Shown here one piece after another: positions 1-8,329 of a stretch of 64,000 nucleotides of DNA. Made by a program: the position numbers and the translations under genes. Position 1 is the stretch's first letter; every line of letters begins with the position of its first letter. The stretch lies in the NCBI GenBank assembly GCA_041690295.1, contig JAWLHR010000002.1:96001-160000 (forward strand), written 5' to 3'. The notes beneath the pieces are model-generated. The model made no database searches. It was given only the letters and a program-made list of their open reading frames with translations, and was not told the DNA's origin. The DNA comes from Bdellovibrionales bacterium. Its GTDB lineage: Bacteria > Bdellovibrionota > Bdellovibrionia > Bdellovibrionales > UBA1609.

Positions 1-1680
1 GGCTTCCACGCCGATCATCCGGTGAACCATCGGAATGTAATCGTCCATGACGGCGATCACGGGCTGCATGGACGAAGTGAAATTTTTGGCCACGTAGACG
101 TAAATCAAAGCGCAAACCACGAGGAAGGTGGCCACCGAGGCGATGCGGGCCGGTTTGACCGGAATTTCGCGCCTCGTTTTTCTCCGGCTTTCCACCGCGA
201 CGGGAGTGGCGCGGGACTTGCGCGTCGCCACCGGAGCGGGGCGGGTTTCCTCCACCCTTACATCCGACTGAGTCACATCCGGAGCGTCCATTAAATCACC
301 CGCTTTGATTTCAATCGGCTGGATCCGGGTGGTCACGCTGGTCACGGGCGTTTCAAAGTCAGCGGCTTTTTTCAAAGCGCTGTCATCCAAAATGTTGGGG
401 TTATTGGACATGGACGGGTCGGAATCGGGAAATCCCGAAGGCGGACCGTCGCCTTGGCCGAGCGGAGTCTCGGTTTGGGTGATGATGATCCCGCTGTCCG
501 TTGACGAGGGGATGTTGACCGAACTCAAGTTCGGAAGGATGGTCTCGCTGGCCGTCGGGACCGTGTGATCCTTGGACGGGGCGGAAACTTCGGTTACATC
601 CGAGTTCTCGGTGATACCGGAGTTTGTATCCTGGGACTCAGGCATCAAGTCAGCGGCACTGCGGCTGGATCCACCGCGGGAGATATCCATTGACGATGAA
701 GCGATATTCACCTTGGCGTAATCCACCAGGCGTTTGCGCAGCGAGAGGATTTCGTCGGCGAACACGGACTTGACGAAAACCGAGAAGTCGTGAGCGCTGA
801 AATCGGGATACTGCCGGTTAAGAAAGCGGTTGAGATCGCGATGAAGAGCGGCCGCCGTTTGGTAGCGAAGGTTGCGGTCGCGAGCCAGCGCTTTTTGTAC
901 GATCCGCTCCAGCTCGGTATGGATGTTCGGGTTGATCTTTCTGAGCGAGGGCACTTGGCAATCGCGGATTTTTCTCAAAGTGTTGATTTCGTTATTGGCG
1001 ACGAACAAACGATCGTTCGCCAGAAGTTCCCAAAGCACGATGCCCAACGAAAAAATATCGGTTCGCAGATCCACCGGCTGCCCTTCGGCCTGCTCCGGAC
1101 TCATGTAGCCGAATTTACCTTTAAGCGTGCCGGCGCGGGTGGATTCGATCTGGCTTTCGGCTTTGGCGATTCCGAAGTCGACGATTTTCACTTCGCCTTC
1201 GAAGCTCACCATGATGTTCTGCGGGCTCATGTCCCGGTGGGTGATGTTGAGCGGCTTGCCGGTGGAACCGTCAATGCATCGGTGGGCGTGATCAAGTCCC
1301 GCCGCGACTTCTTTCACCACGTAGATGATTTGATCGATCGTGAATTGGGTCGAGGATTTTTTCATTTTGTTCAGAATCTGACGAAGATTCCGACCCTCGA
1401 CGTAGTCCATCACCAGGAAGAATTGGCCTTTTTCAACGCCGAATTCGTGAATGGAAACGATGTTGCTGTGATTCAGGTTGATCGCGATCTTGGCTTCATC
1501 CTTGAACATCTCGATGAATTCCACGCTGTCGGCGTATTGCGGAAGAATGCGTTTGATCGCGAAAAATTTGCCGATGCCGCCGGCGCCTGTGCCGCGGCTT
1601 AGAAACACTTCGGCCATACCACCGGTGGCTAATTTTTCGAGCAGAATATATTTGCCAAACTGTTCAAAGTGCCCTGACAC
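1..1680 (-). CDS. Hanks-type Ser/Thr protein kinase with downstream TM segment (3' end outside window)
   Basis: Hand translation of the minus strand from GTG at 1680: FGKYILLEKLATGGMAEVF, HRDMSPQN, DFGIAKA, KGKFGYMSPEQ, DIFSLG. The ORF is absent from the supplied track because it runs off the left end. Confidence 0.93.
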   Translation of the reverse strand, partial: MSGHFEQFGKYILLEKLATGGMAEVFLSRGTGAGGIGKFFAIKRILPQYADSVEFIEMFKDEAKIAINLNHSNIVSIHEFGVEKGQFFLVMDYVEGRNLRQILNKMKKSSTQFTIDQIIYVVKEVAAGLDHAHRCIDGSTGKPLNITHRDMSPQNIMVSFEGEVKIVDFGIAKAESQIESTRAGTLKGKFGYMSPEQAEGQPVDLRTDIFSLGIVLWELLANDRLFVANNEINTLRKIRDCQVPSLRKINPNIHTELERIVQKALARDRNLRYQTAAALHRDLNRFLNRQYPDFSAHDFSVFVKSVFADEILSLRKRLVDYAKVNIASSSMDISRGGSSRSAADLMPESQDTNSGITENSDVTEVSAPSKDHTVPTASETILPNLSSVNIPSSTDSGIIITQTETPLGQGDGPPSGFPDSDPSMSNNPNILDDSALKKAADFETPVTSVTTRIQPIEIKAGDLMDAPDVTQSDVRVEETRPAPVATRKSRATPVAVESRRKTRREIPVKPARIASVATFLVVCALIYVYVAKNFTSSMQPVIAVMDDYIPMVHRMIGVEA

Positions 1681-1745
1681 GTAATTCAAATCGGATTTTG
1701 GCCTTAAGACCTTGAATTTTTTGATCTTTGTCCTAGAGTAAGGTC

Positions 1746-2363
1746 ATGCTTTGGATCGGCCTTACCGGCTCAATGGGAAGCGGTAAATCCACCGCGGCCA
1801 AAGTCCTGCGCGAACTTGGCTTTCCTGTGTTGGATGCGGATCAAATCGTCCATGAATTGATCGCCCCGAACGGACCGGCGGAAAAAGAAGTGATCGAGGC
1901 TTTTGGCGAGCCCGTCAAAGGTCCGGATGGTCATGTGGACCGTCGCGCTTTAGGGCGTATCGCCTTTGCGACATCCGAAAACCTGGCGCGGCTCGAGGAG
2001 ATTTTACATCCGAAAGTGCGGACCGAAGTGGCCAAACGAAAAAGCCAGCTTTGGGCGCAAGGCGCGGAAGCGGTTTTTTACGATGTGCCGCTGCTCTTTG
2101 AGAAAAAAATGGAAGATCAATTCGACTACATTCTCGTGGTGAGCGCGGCTCCGGAAATTCGCCGGGCGCGGATCAAGGCGCGCACGAACTTGAGTGACTC
2201 CGAAATCGACGCGCGCCTGAGCTGGCAAATCGCACCGGAAATCAAGGAAGCCAAAGCCACGGCCGTGATTCCCAATAACAGCGATGAAGCCGCGCTGAAG
2301 AATGAAATTCTCGCGGTGTTGAAACGCTTGAATATCAAGCTACCATCCGCGGCTCAATCCTAG
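1746..2363 (+). CDS. coaE: dephospho-CoA kinase
   Basis: IGLTGSMGSGKST P-loop, DADQIVH, LEEILHP, DVPLLFE motifs; 205 aa. Confidence 0.96.
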   Translation: MLWIGLTGSMGSGKSTAAKVLRELGFPVLDADQIVHELIAPNGPAEKEVIEAFGEPVKGPDGHVDRRALGRIAFATSENLARLEEILHPKVRTEVAKRKSQLWAQGAEAVFYDVPLLFEKKMEDQFDYILVVSAAPEIRRARIKARTNLSDSEIDARLSWQIAPEIKEAKATAVIPNNSDEAALKNEILAVLKRLNIKLPSAAQS

Positions 2364-2963
2364 CGTCAATGAAGTCCGCGTCTTCTCGTGATTGAAGAGA
2401 AATGACGGCTCGAAGCGAAGCGAGTAAGGGTTGGAGATGACGAACTCCAACGTGCCGGCCAGGCGAACAAAATAATGTTCGGGATCGGCGAGTGTGGCGA
2501 GACCCTTTTTGCCTTCCACCTGGTGATCCAGGGCCAGTTTGAACGATGGCCGGAAATAACCTCTTTCGTTGTGAATCCAGCGCGCGCCCGCATGGATATG
2601 TCCTTTGCCATCCTCATGGAGATCCGCTCCTGCTTCCAATTTGGGCGAAAGGAACTTGGGAAAGAGATATTCAAACCCTAAAATCAAGTCTTCCACCGAA
2701 ATCTTGGGAAAATCGGAGTCGTAGCCGGCGTGAAAGGTGAGCGCCTGCTGGTAGGGATAGTAGCGAGCTGATTCGGTGCGGGAGATTTTCGTTGGGGCTT
2801 CCGGCGCGGGACTGATCACCATGGATTCATCGAGGCGCAAAACTTTTTCGTCGCTCTTTTCCGGAGCCGGCGCCGATTCCTTCACTTCGGAATGCGGATT
2901 GGCCATTAAACTCAACGAAAACACGACGAACGTCCCACTGACAATGAACCGTAGCTTTGCCAT
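2340..2963 (-). CDS. secreted hypothetical protein, probable small outer-membrane beta-barrel
   Basis: Signal peptide from ATG 2963, alternating amphipathic strands, C-terminal Trp. Confidence 0.6.
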   Translation of the reverse strand: MAKLRFIVSGTFVVFSLSLMANPHSEVKESAPAPEKSDEKVLRLDESMVISPAPEAPTKISRTESARYYPYQQALTFHAGYDSDFPKISVEDLILGFEYLFPKFLSPKLEAGADLHEDGKGHIHAGARWIHNERGYFRPSFKLALDHQVEGKKGLATLADPEHYFVRLAGTLEFVISNPYSLRFEPSFLFNHEKTRTSLTLGLSRGW

Positions 2964-3013
2964 CGTGAAGTAAGGATATCGTGAATCGAACATCGGAAGG
3001 TAGGATTTTCATC

Positions 3014-4186
3014 ATGCGTGGATTCTTGGGTTCCGTTCTCGTTGGTTTGGCACTCTCACCACTTTCGGTTCGGGCCCAATCGGTACGCGCACTCGACTTC
3101 ACCATCCATCAGGAATACACGAGCACGCGCGCGCTCGGCATGGGCAACGCGTTCACGGCGGTTTCCGATGACCATAGCGCGATGTTTTACAATCCGGCGG
3201 CTCTCGCGTTTCGCAAAGACGGTCACCTGCGAATGTTCATTCGCGCGGGGGCCTCGCCCGAGTCACTGGATCTGATCGATGAAATCGGCAAGGCTGACGA
3301 CATCGACGATGAGAGCGCCAAAATCGACGAGTACAGCCGGATCATCCAAAGCCATTACGGTGATCACTTTTACTATCGCGTGCCCACGATCGGCGCGATT
3401 TGGGTGCGGCCGAACTGGGGTATCGCGCTTGTTCCCGCGGATCTTTCCCTGGATGTGGCGGTTCATCGTCAGATCGGCCCTTCTCTCGTGGTGAACCTCT
3501 ACCAGGACACGACTCTGGCCTTTTCCTACGCGCGAAAGCTGAAATGGATGCCGAAAGGGCATCAGTTTTCAATGGGCGCGACGTTAAAAACCATTCACCG
3601 GATTCATGTGGCCGAAAGTTTATCCGCGGGGCAGTTGGCCGACGGCAGCTCCTTGTTTGAAACTTCACAGGCCAATGAAGGTTTGACCGCCGATCTTGAT
3701 CTCGGTTTCATGTGGAAACCGAAGATCGCGGGCTTTTTTAAATACTTCAAATACATGCAACCGACTTTCGCGTTGGTCGGACGAAATTTGGTCGATTACG
3801 GTTTTAAAAAGAATTTTCATTTTATCGATGAAAACTCCGGAGAACCGGCGAAGTTACAACGGCGAATCGACTTCGGCAGCCGTTGGGATTTGGGCCGGCT
3901 TTGGGTGTTTGAGCCCAAGTTCGCTCTCGATATCCGTGACGTTCTCCACGAAAACTGGACGTGGAAAAAAGGCTTTCACATGGGATTTGAAGCCTACTGG
4001 CGGATGTACAACTGGTGGAAAGGTCATTGGTCAGTGGGTTTGAACCAGGGTTATTGGACGGCCGGTTTCGGTGCCCGCATGCTTTGGTTCCAGTTGGATC
4101 TTTGCAGTTACGGTGAAGAGGTCGGCACGCCCTCGGCGCCGCAGGAAAGCCGGCGCTACATGGCCGAACTCGCTCTCGACTTCTAA
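3014..4186 (+). CDS. TraF/PorV/FadL-like outer-membrane beta-barrel protein (paralog 1)
   Basis: Signal peptide; RALGMGNAFTAVSDDHSAMFYNPAAL N-terminal motif; C-terminal GYWTAGFG...YGEEVG...RRY; ends in Phe. Confidence 0.75.
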   Translation: MRGFLGSVLVGLALSPLSVRAQSVRALDFTIHQEYTSTRALGMGNAFTAVSDDHSAMFYNPAALAFRKDGHLRMFIRAGASPESLDLIDEIGKADDIDDESAKIDEYSRIIQSHYGDHFYYRVPTIGAIWVRPNWGIALVPADLSLDVAVHRQIGPSLVVNLYQDTTLAFSYARKLKWMPKGHQFSMGATLKTIHRIHVAESLSAGQLADGSSLFETSQANEGLTADLDLGFMWKPKIAGFFKYFKYMQPTFALVGRNLVDYGFKKNFHFIDENSGEPAKLQRRIDFGSRWDLGRLWVFEPKFALDIRDVLHENWTWKKGFHMGFEAYWRMYNWWKGHWSVGLNQGYWTAGFGARMLWFQLDLCSYGEEVGTPSAPQESRRYMAELALDF

Positions 4187-4189
4187 AAG

Positions 4190-4240
4190 GTAGGCCGTTC
4201 CAAATCAGGATGCGTGGCATCCTGATTTGGAACGGCCTAC
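4190..4240. repeat. perfect 24-bp inverted repeat with 3-nt loop between convergent genes (bidirectional terminator or REP doublet)
   Basis: GTAGGCCGTTCCAAATCAGGATGC-gtg-GCATCCTGATTTGGAACGGCCTAC. Confidence 0.9.
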
Positions 4241-5310
4241 TAAAAGCGGAAAGAGAATTTCACGACATAGCGACGGTCCTCACGGGGCTCATCCGGAGTT
4301 CCGATGTCTTCGCCATAGGTGGCCGCTTGGAATTGATAGTTGACGATCGCCAGCTCCAAACCGGCCGTGTACCAGTGTTGGTGCCAGCCGCCACGAATGA
4401 AAATCGCGTCGGCATAGTTGAACTCCACGCCGGCGTGCGCCCGGCGCACGTACCCGTCTTCTTCCGCGCTGTTCATCACGTCTTTTAACTCCACCGTCCA
4501 AAGGGAGCGCCAACGTTTGCCGAGAATCGGCGAGACCGAAAGCGCGACGTCCAAGGTCGGCGGTGTCGAGTGCGGATCGTCGTCGGTGCGCATGAGCAGA
4601 CCGTTGCGATAAGTGTAACTCGTGCGTCCCACGTCACGATAAACGGCGCCGATGGAGGGTAGCCAGGCGATCGGCGCGGTCAAGACGATGGCCGTATCGC
4701 TGGCGATCCCCACACCGCTCGCGGCCAAATCTTTAAGATCGTTTCCGGTCGATGCGGGATCAATATCGTCGCGGCGGACTTCCGTGCGATTGACCGCCCG
4801 AGCGTTCGCGCCCAGTTTGACAATGCCGTTGAACAAGCGAAGGTTAAAACCAAACACCAGGGCGTAGTCGTTGGTGTAGTGGTATTTGAAGGCGCTCTCG
4901 TCCTCGTTGGTTTCGGCGTTGATCTCATACTTGCCGAGTACGCCAAAGCCGAAATTGGGGACCACGATCGAGGGGAAGAGCTGGGTGCGAATGTGCAAAT
5001 GTTTGCCTGGCTTTTTGTTCGTCAGCTCCATCGTGTCTTGGGGATCCATGACATCAAGTATTTTGAGGCCGGCGATCTGCTCGGTTTCCTGGCTGACCGC
5101 GCCTTCCGGATCGAAAAGGGTGATGAAGTAATCCCTCAGGCGGCCAAGACCCGCGGGATTATGAAGCAGGGCCGTCTCATCGTTGGCGACGAGCACGGTG
5201 GCTCCGCCCATTCCCAGGCTGCGAACACCGTTATAGAATTCATACCGCTCACCGGCCGACGCCGTTGAACAAATGAGAGTTGTAACGAGGTAAAAGAGCC
5301 CTTTCCCCAT
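4240..5310 (-). CDS. TraF/PorV/FadL-like outer-membrane beta-barrel protein (paralog 2)
   Basis: RSLGMGGATVLVANDETALLHNPAGL; WYTAGL...ATYGEDIG...EDRRY; ends in Phe. Confidence 0.75.
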   Translation of the reverse strand: MGKGLFYLVTTLICSTASAGERYEFYNGVRSLGMGGATVLVANDETALLHNPAGLGRLRDYFITLFDPEGAVSQETEQIAGLKILDVMDPQDTMELTNKKPGKHLHIRTQLFPSIVVPNFGFGVLGKYEINAETNEDESAFKYHYTNDYALVFGFNLRLFNGIVKLGANARAVNRTEVRRDDIDPASTGNDLKDLAASGVGIASDTAIVLTAPIAWLPSIGAVYRDVGRTSYTYRNGLLMRTDDDPHSTPPTLDVALSVSPILGKRWRSLWTVELKDVMNSAEEDGYVRRAHAGVEFNYADAIFIRGGWHQHWYTAGLELAIVNYQFQAATYGEDIGTPDEPREDRRYVVKFSFRF

Positions 5311-5438
5311 ACTGGGTTTTTCGACCTAAGATTGATTCAACTTGAGACAGCCTGACCATTTCAGGACTTTCAAAACACATCCAAAGTCCGGTCCTGAATG
5401 AACTTCAATTGCCTTCGGGAAATCCCGAAGAGTTCAAT

Positions 5439-6224
5439 ATGAATATGAAAGCTCTCATTCTGACGTTTCTTTTTAGCACGACGGCCTTGGTCTTAGCTTC
5501 TTGCGCGGGATCGGACGAGGCGGATGATATAGCCAAAGCGCAAAAATGCCTCGATGAAGTGCCTGAAAGTGATCCGGCGTCGGCTTCGAACTGCATGCAG
5601 TACGTGGCCAAATACACTTCCCAGCAGGCGTACATTTTGAAATGTTCCATCGCCATGGCCGCGGGCGGCTTGATGGAATCCAAAACCGTGAACGCCTATA
5701 AAATTCTAAAGGGCGATAGCGTGCCTGAGCCCAACCGCAACACGGCTTTCATGGCGGCGCTTGCTCTCGATGTGCCGACCATCGCGGATGGCTACACCAA
5801 AGCCAAAGAAGCGGATGTTTTCTGTCAAAAGACGGGGATTTCCGGATTGATGTTTCTCTCCGGCGTGGTGCTGTCCGGTTCTTGGATGGCCAAGACCATG
5901 GCTGATCTCACGGGCAATCCCAATCTCGATTTGTCCGATCCGAACGCGGTGAATGCGGGAGTGGACCATCTCTTGAACAGCGCTGGTGGTTGTTTGGACG
6001 CCTCTCCGCCACCGACTTGCGATCAGGATTTGGAGGTTTTGGGAACCGCGGTCGCCTCGCTTTCGAACAATTACTGCAATAAAAAAGGCGCGGACGCCAA
6101 AGTGTGTGATGAAATCAACGACGCGACGGAAGCCGCGGGCAATAACGCCACGGCCATTGGCCAGGCGCTTCTTTGTTATTTGAAAAAGCGCACTTACAAT
6201 CCCGACACTCAGACCTGTAACTAA
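5439..6224 (+). CDS. Cys-rich lipoprotein
   Basis: Lipobox LASC; multiple Cys; mostly helical. Confidence 0.75.
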   Translation: MNMKALILTFLFSTTALVLASCAGSDEADDIAKAQKCLDEVPESDPASASNCMQYVAKYTSQQAYILKCSIAMAAGGLMESKTVNAYKILKGDSVPEPNRNTAFMAALALDVPTIADGYTKAKEADVFCQKTGISGLMFLSGVVLSGSWMAKTMADLTGNPNLDLSDPNAVNAGVDHLLNSAGGCLDASPPPTCDQDLEVLGTAVASLSNNYCNKKGADAKVCDEINDATEAAGNNATAIGQALLCYLKKRTYNPDTQTCN

Positions 6225-6300
6225 TCGATTCTAGACCGGGGGCCGATGTTTCCGGCCCTCAGATTACCTTAAAATTAAATAAATTCTCACTGGAGTTTAG

Positions 6301-7170
6301 GTGATGCGTCTTCTCGGCCGCGTTCTGCTCGGCTTTTGGTTTCTCGCCGGCAATTTGAGTTGCACGGTGAACATCCTCGAAACCTTCGCGGATAAGAACA
6401 CGCCGGAAGCTCTTTATGAAACCGCGAAAAAACAAATCAATGACGGTAACTATGCCGGCGCCCTTGAAACGATCGGGAAAATCACCGGTTCACTGGCCAG
6501 TCATCGCAAGGTGACGGCGCTCAAAGCGTCCGCTCACGCGGGCCTTTGCGGTTTGGAATTCCTGCCATTGGTGGAAGCGCTTCCCGATTTGTCCAATCAG
6601 CGGCTTTTCCCTTTGCTTATGTCGATTTTTCGCTCCGGTGATGACACGGATAAAATCGACAATTGCATAGCGGCCGAAGAAATTTTGGAGTCCATCGGCG
6701 ACGCCAACGCCCGCACGAGCGATGAAAATCTCTTCCTCGTGCTCGTGGCCTTCGCCAAAATCGGCGTGACTTTGAGTTACTACGCCGACGCGGATCAGGA
6801 CGGAACCGTCACGAACAACTACGACATTTGCGCCGCGGGTGCGACGCGAACCGCGGGCGGCGATATGCCTGATAGCGACGTGGCGGAAATTGGATGGTCG
6901 TTGGTTTCAGCGATCAATAACATCACGGCGGTTTCTTCTTCGGTGGATGTGGGTGATGACTCACTCGATGCGATTCAAGACGCCTGCTCGGTCCTGGGCG
7001 GTTTCAACCCGGCTTTTGATTTTTGCGCGGCGGCCAGTAAAGAAGACCTTGCGGCCGACCCGTTCATGCTCCTCGGCATTCGCAGTTTGATTAAAGAAGA
7101 TAGCGTCATCGGGCTTGATACATTGCAAGCCGGATGTGATGGGGATGTGACCACTTGCCACTGCCCCTGA
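6301..7170 (+). CDS. Cys-rich lipoprotein with TPR-like N-terminus
   Basis: Lipobox-like NLSC; ALYETAKKQINDGNYAGALE helix pair; several Cys. Confidence 0.72.
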   Translation: MMRLLGRVLLGFWFLAGNLSCTVNILETFADKNTPEALYETAKKQINDGNYAGALETIGKITGSLASHRKVTALKASAHAGLCGLEFLPLVEALPDLSNQRLFPLLMSIFRSGDDTDKIDNCIAAEEILESIGDANARTSDENLFLVLVAFAKIGVTLSYYADADQDGTVTNNYDICAAGATRTAGGDMPDSDVAEIGWSLVSAINNITAVSSSVDVGDDSLDAIQDACSVLGGFNPAFDFCAAASKEDLAADPFMLLGIRSLIKEDSVIGLDTLQAGCDGDVTTCHCP

Positions 7171-8318
7171 TCGCGCTCACGGCGCTTCTTGTCTGGTGGC
7201 CTTTCTCGCTGCAAGCGGCTGAGTACAGCACAATCAACTCATCCATCCGCGCGCTCGGCATGGGCGACGCGCACGTGGCGATCGCCCACGATGATGCCGC
7301 CCTTTTCTACAATCCCGCGGGCCTTTCCCGAGTGGAGGGGATCAATTGGAAGGTCTTCAGCTTGCGCGTGGGCGCCAGCGGCTACGAGGCCTATAACAAA
7401 ATTAAGAATCTGAATTCCGATGACAGCGATGACTTCGCCGATACCGTTCAGGAACTTTATGGCGAACATGTGTGGGGCGGAGCCGGCGGGCAATCGATAA
7501 TCACCGCGCCCATGATCGGGTTCGGCGTTTACAATCATCTTGATTCGCTCATCAAAATCGATAATCCGGTTTACCCGGAAATTTACACGAGCGTGATCAA
7601 TGACTACGGATACGTCTTGGGCTTCGGCGCTCCCATTGGTCCGTTTCTAGAAGCCGGCGCGAGTCTCAAATACATCAAGCGCACGGGTTCGCGCGTGCCC
7701 TGGGGCGCAAGCTTCATCGCCGATCTGGAACCGTCAACGATCTATGACAATATCACGGGCTGGGGAACGGGTTACGGTGCCGATGCGGGAATGAATGTGG
7801 TGGTTCCCGCGGGGATCATCACAGGATCATTTTCCGCTGTCTGGCGAAATATCGGCGGAATTAAATTTCGCTCCAACAATCCCAATGCGGCGCCCGTTCC
7901 GTCGGAAGACAATGACATCACGCTCGGCGCGGGCTTGGTGTTTGACTTGCCGCTCGTGACCATAAGACCGGCTCTCGATTTTCGCTATTTGAATCGCACG
8001 GATTTGCAGCTCACGCGTAAGATCAATTTCGGAATTGAAATCGGACTTCCCCTGTTGGATATTCGAGGAGGATTTCACGAAGGTTATTACACCGCGGGTG
8101 TCGGCGTGAACCTCGGACTTTTCCAAGTGAACGCGGCGACCTATGGTGTTGAGTTGGGGGAATATCCTGGGCAAATCGAAGATCGGCGATACGCATTGGA
8201 ATTTGTCATGGAAGTTGGGGTCGGCAACTTCTCAGCCAGCGGCTCTTCCTCGAGGGGTGGCAAAGGTTCATCCAACCGATCGATCTGGGGATCGGGACGT
8301 CTTAAACAACGTCGGTAA
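7155..8318 (+). CDS. TraF/PorV/FadL-like outer-membrane beta-barrel protein (paralog 3)
   Basis: RALGMGDAHVAIAHDDAALFYNPAGL; GYYTAGVG...ATYGVELG...EDRRY; basic C-terminal tail. Confidence 0.75.
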   Translation: MPLPLIALTALLVWWPFSLQAAEYSTINSSIRALGMGDAHVAIAHDDAALFYNPAGLSRVEGINWKVFSLRVGASGYEAYNKIKNLNSDDSDDFADTVQELYGEHVWGGAGGQSIITAPMIGFGVYNHLDSLIKIDNPVYPEIYTSVINDYGYVLGFGAPIGPFLEAGASLKYIKRTGSRVPWGASFIADLEPSTIYDNITGWGTGYGADAGMNVVVPAGIITGSFSAVWRNIGGIKFRSNNPNAAPVPSEDNDITLGAGLVFDLPLVTIRPALDFRYLNRTDLQLTRKINFGIEIGLPLLDIRGGFHEGYYTAGVGVNLGLFQVNAATYGVELGEYPGQIEDRRYALEFVMEVGVGNFSASGSSSRGGKGSSNRSIWGSGRLKQRR

Positions 8319-8329
8319 AATTAAGAATC

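Noticed and set aside
790..1602. 270-aa plus-strand ORF
   Set aside because: Antisense shadow of the Ser/Thr kinase, which has all catalytic motifs on the minus strand.
3014..8318. Conjugative element because of TraF-like proteins
   Set aside because: No relaxase, VirB4, coupling protein or integrase; flanked by coaE and addAB.
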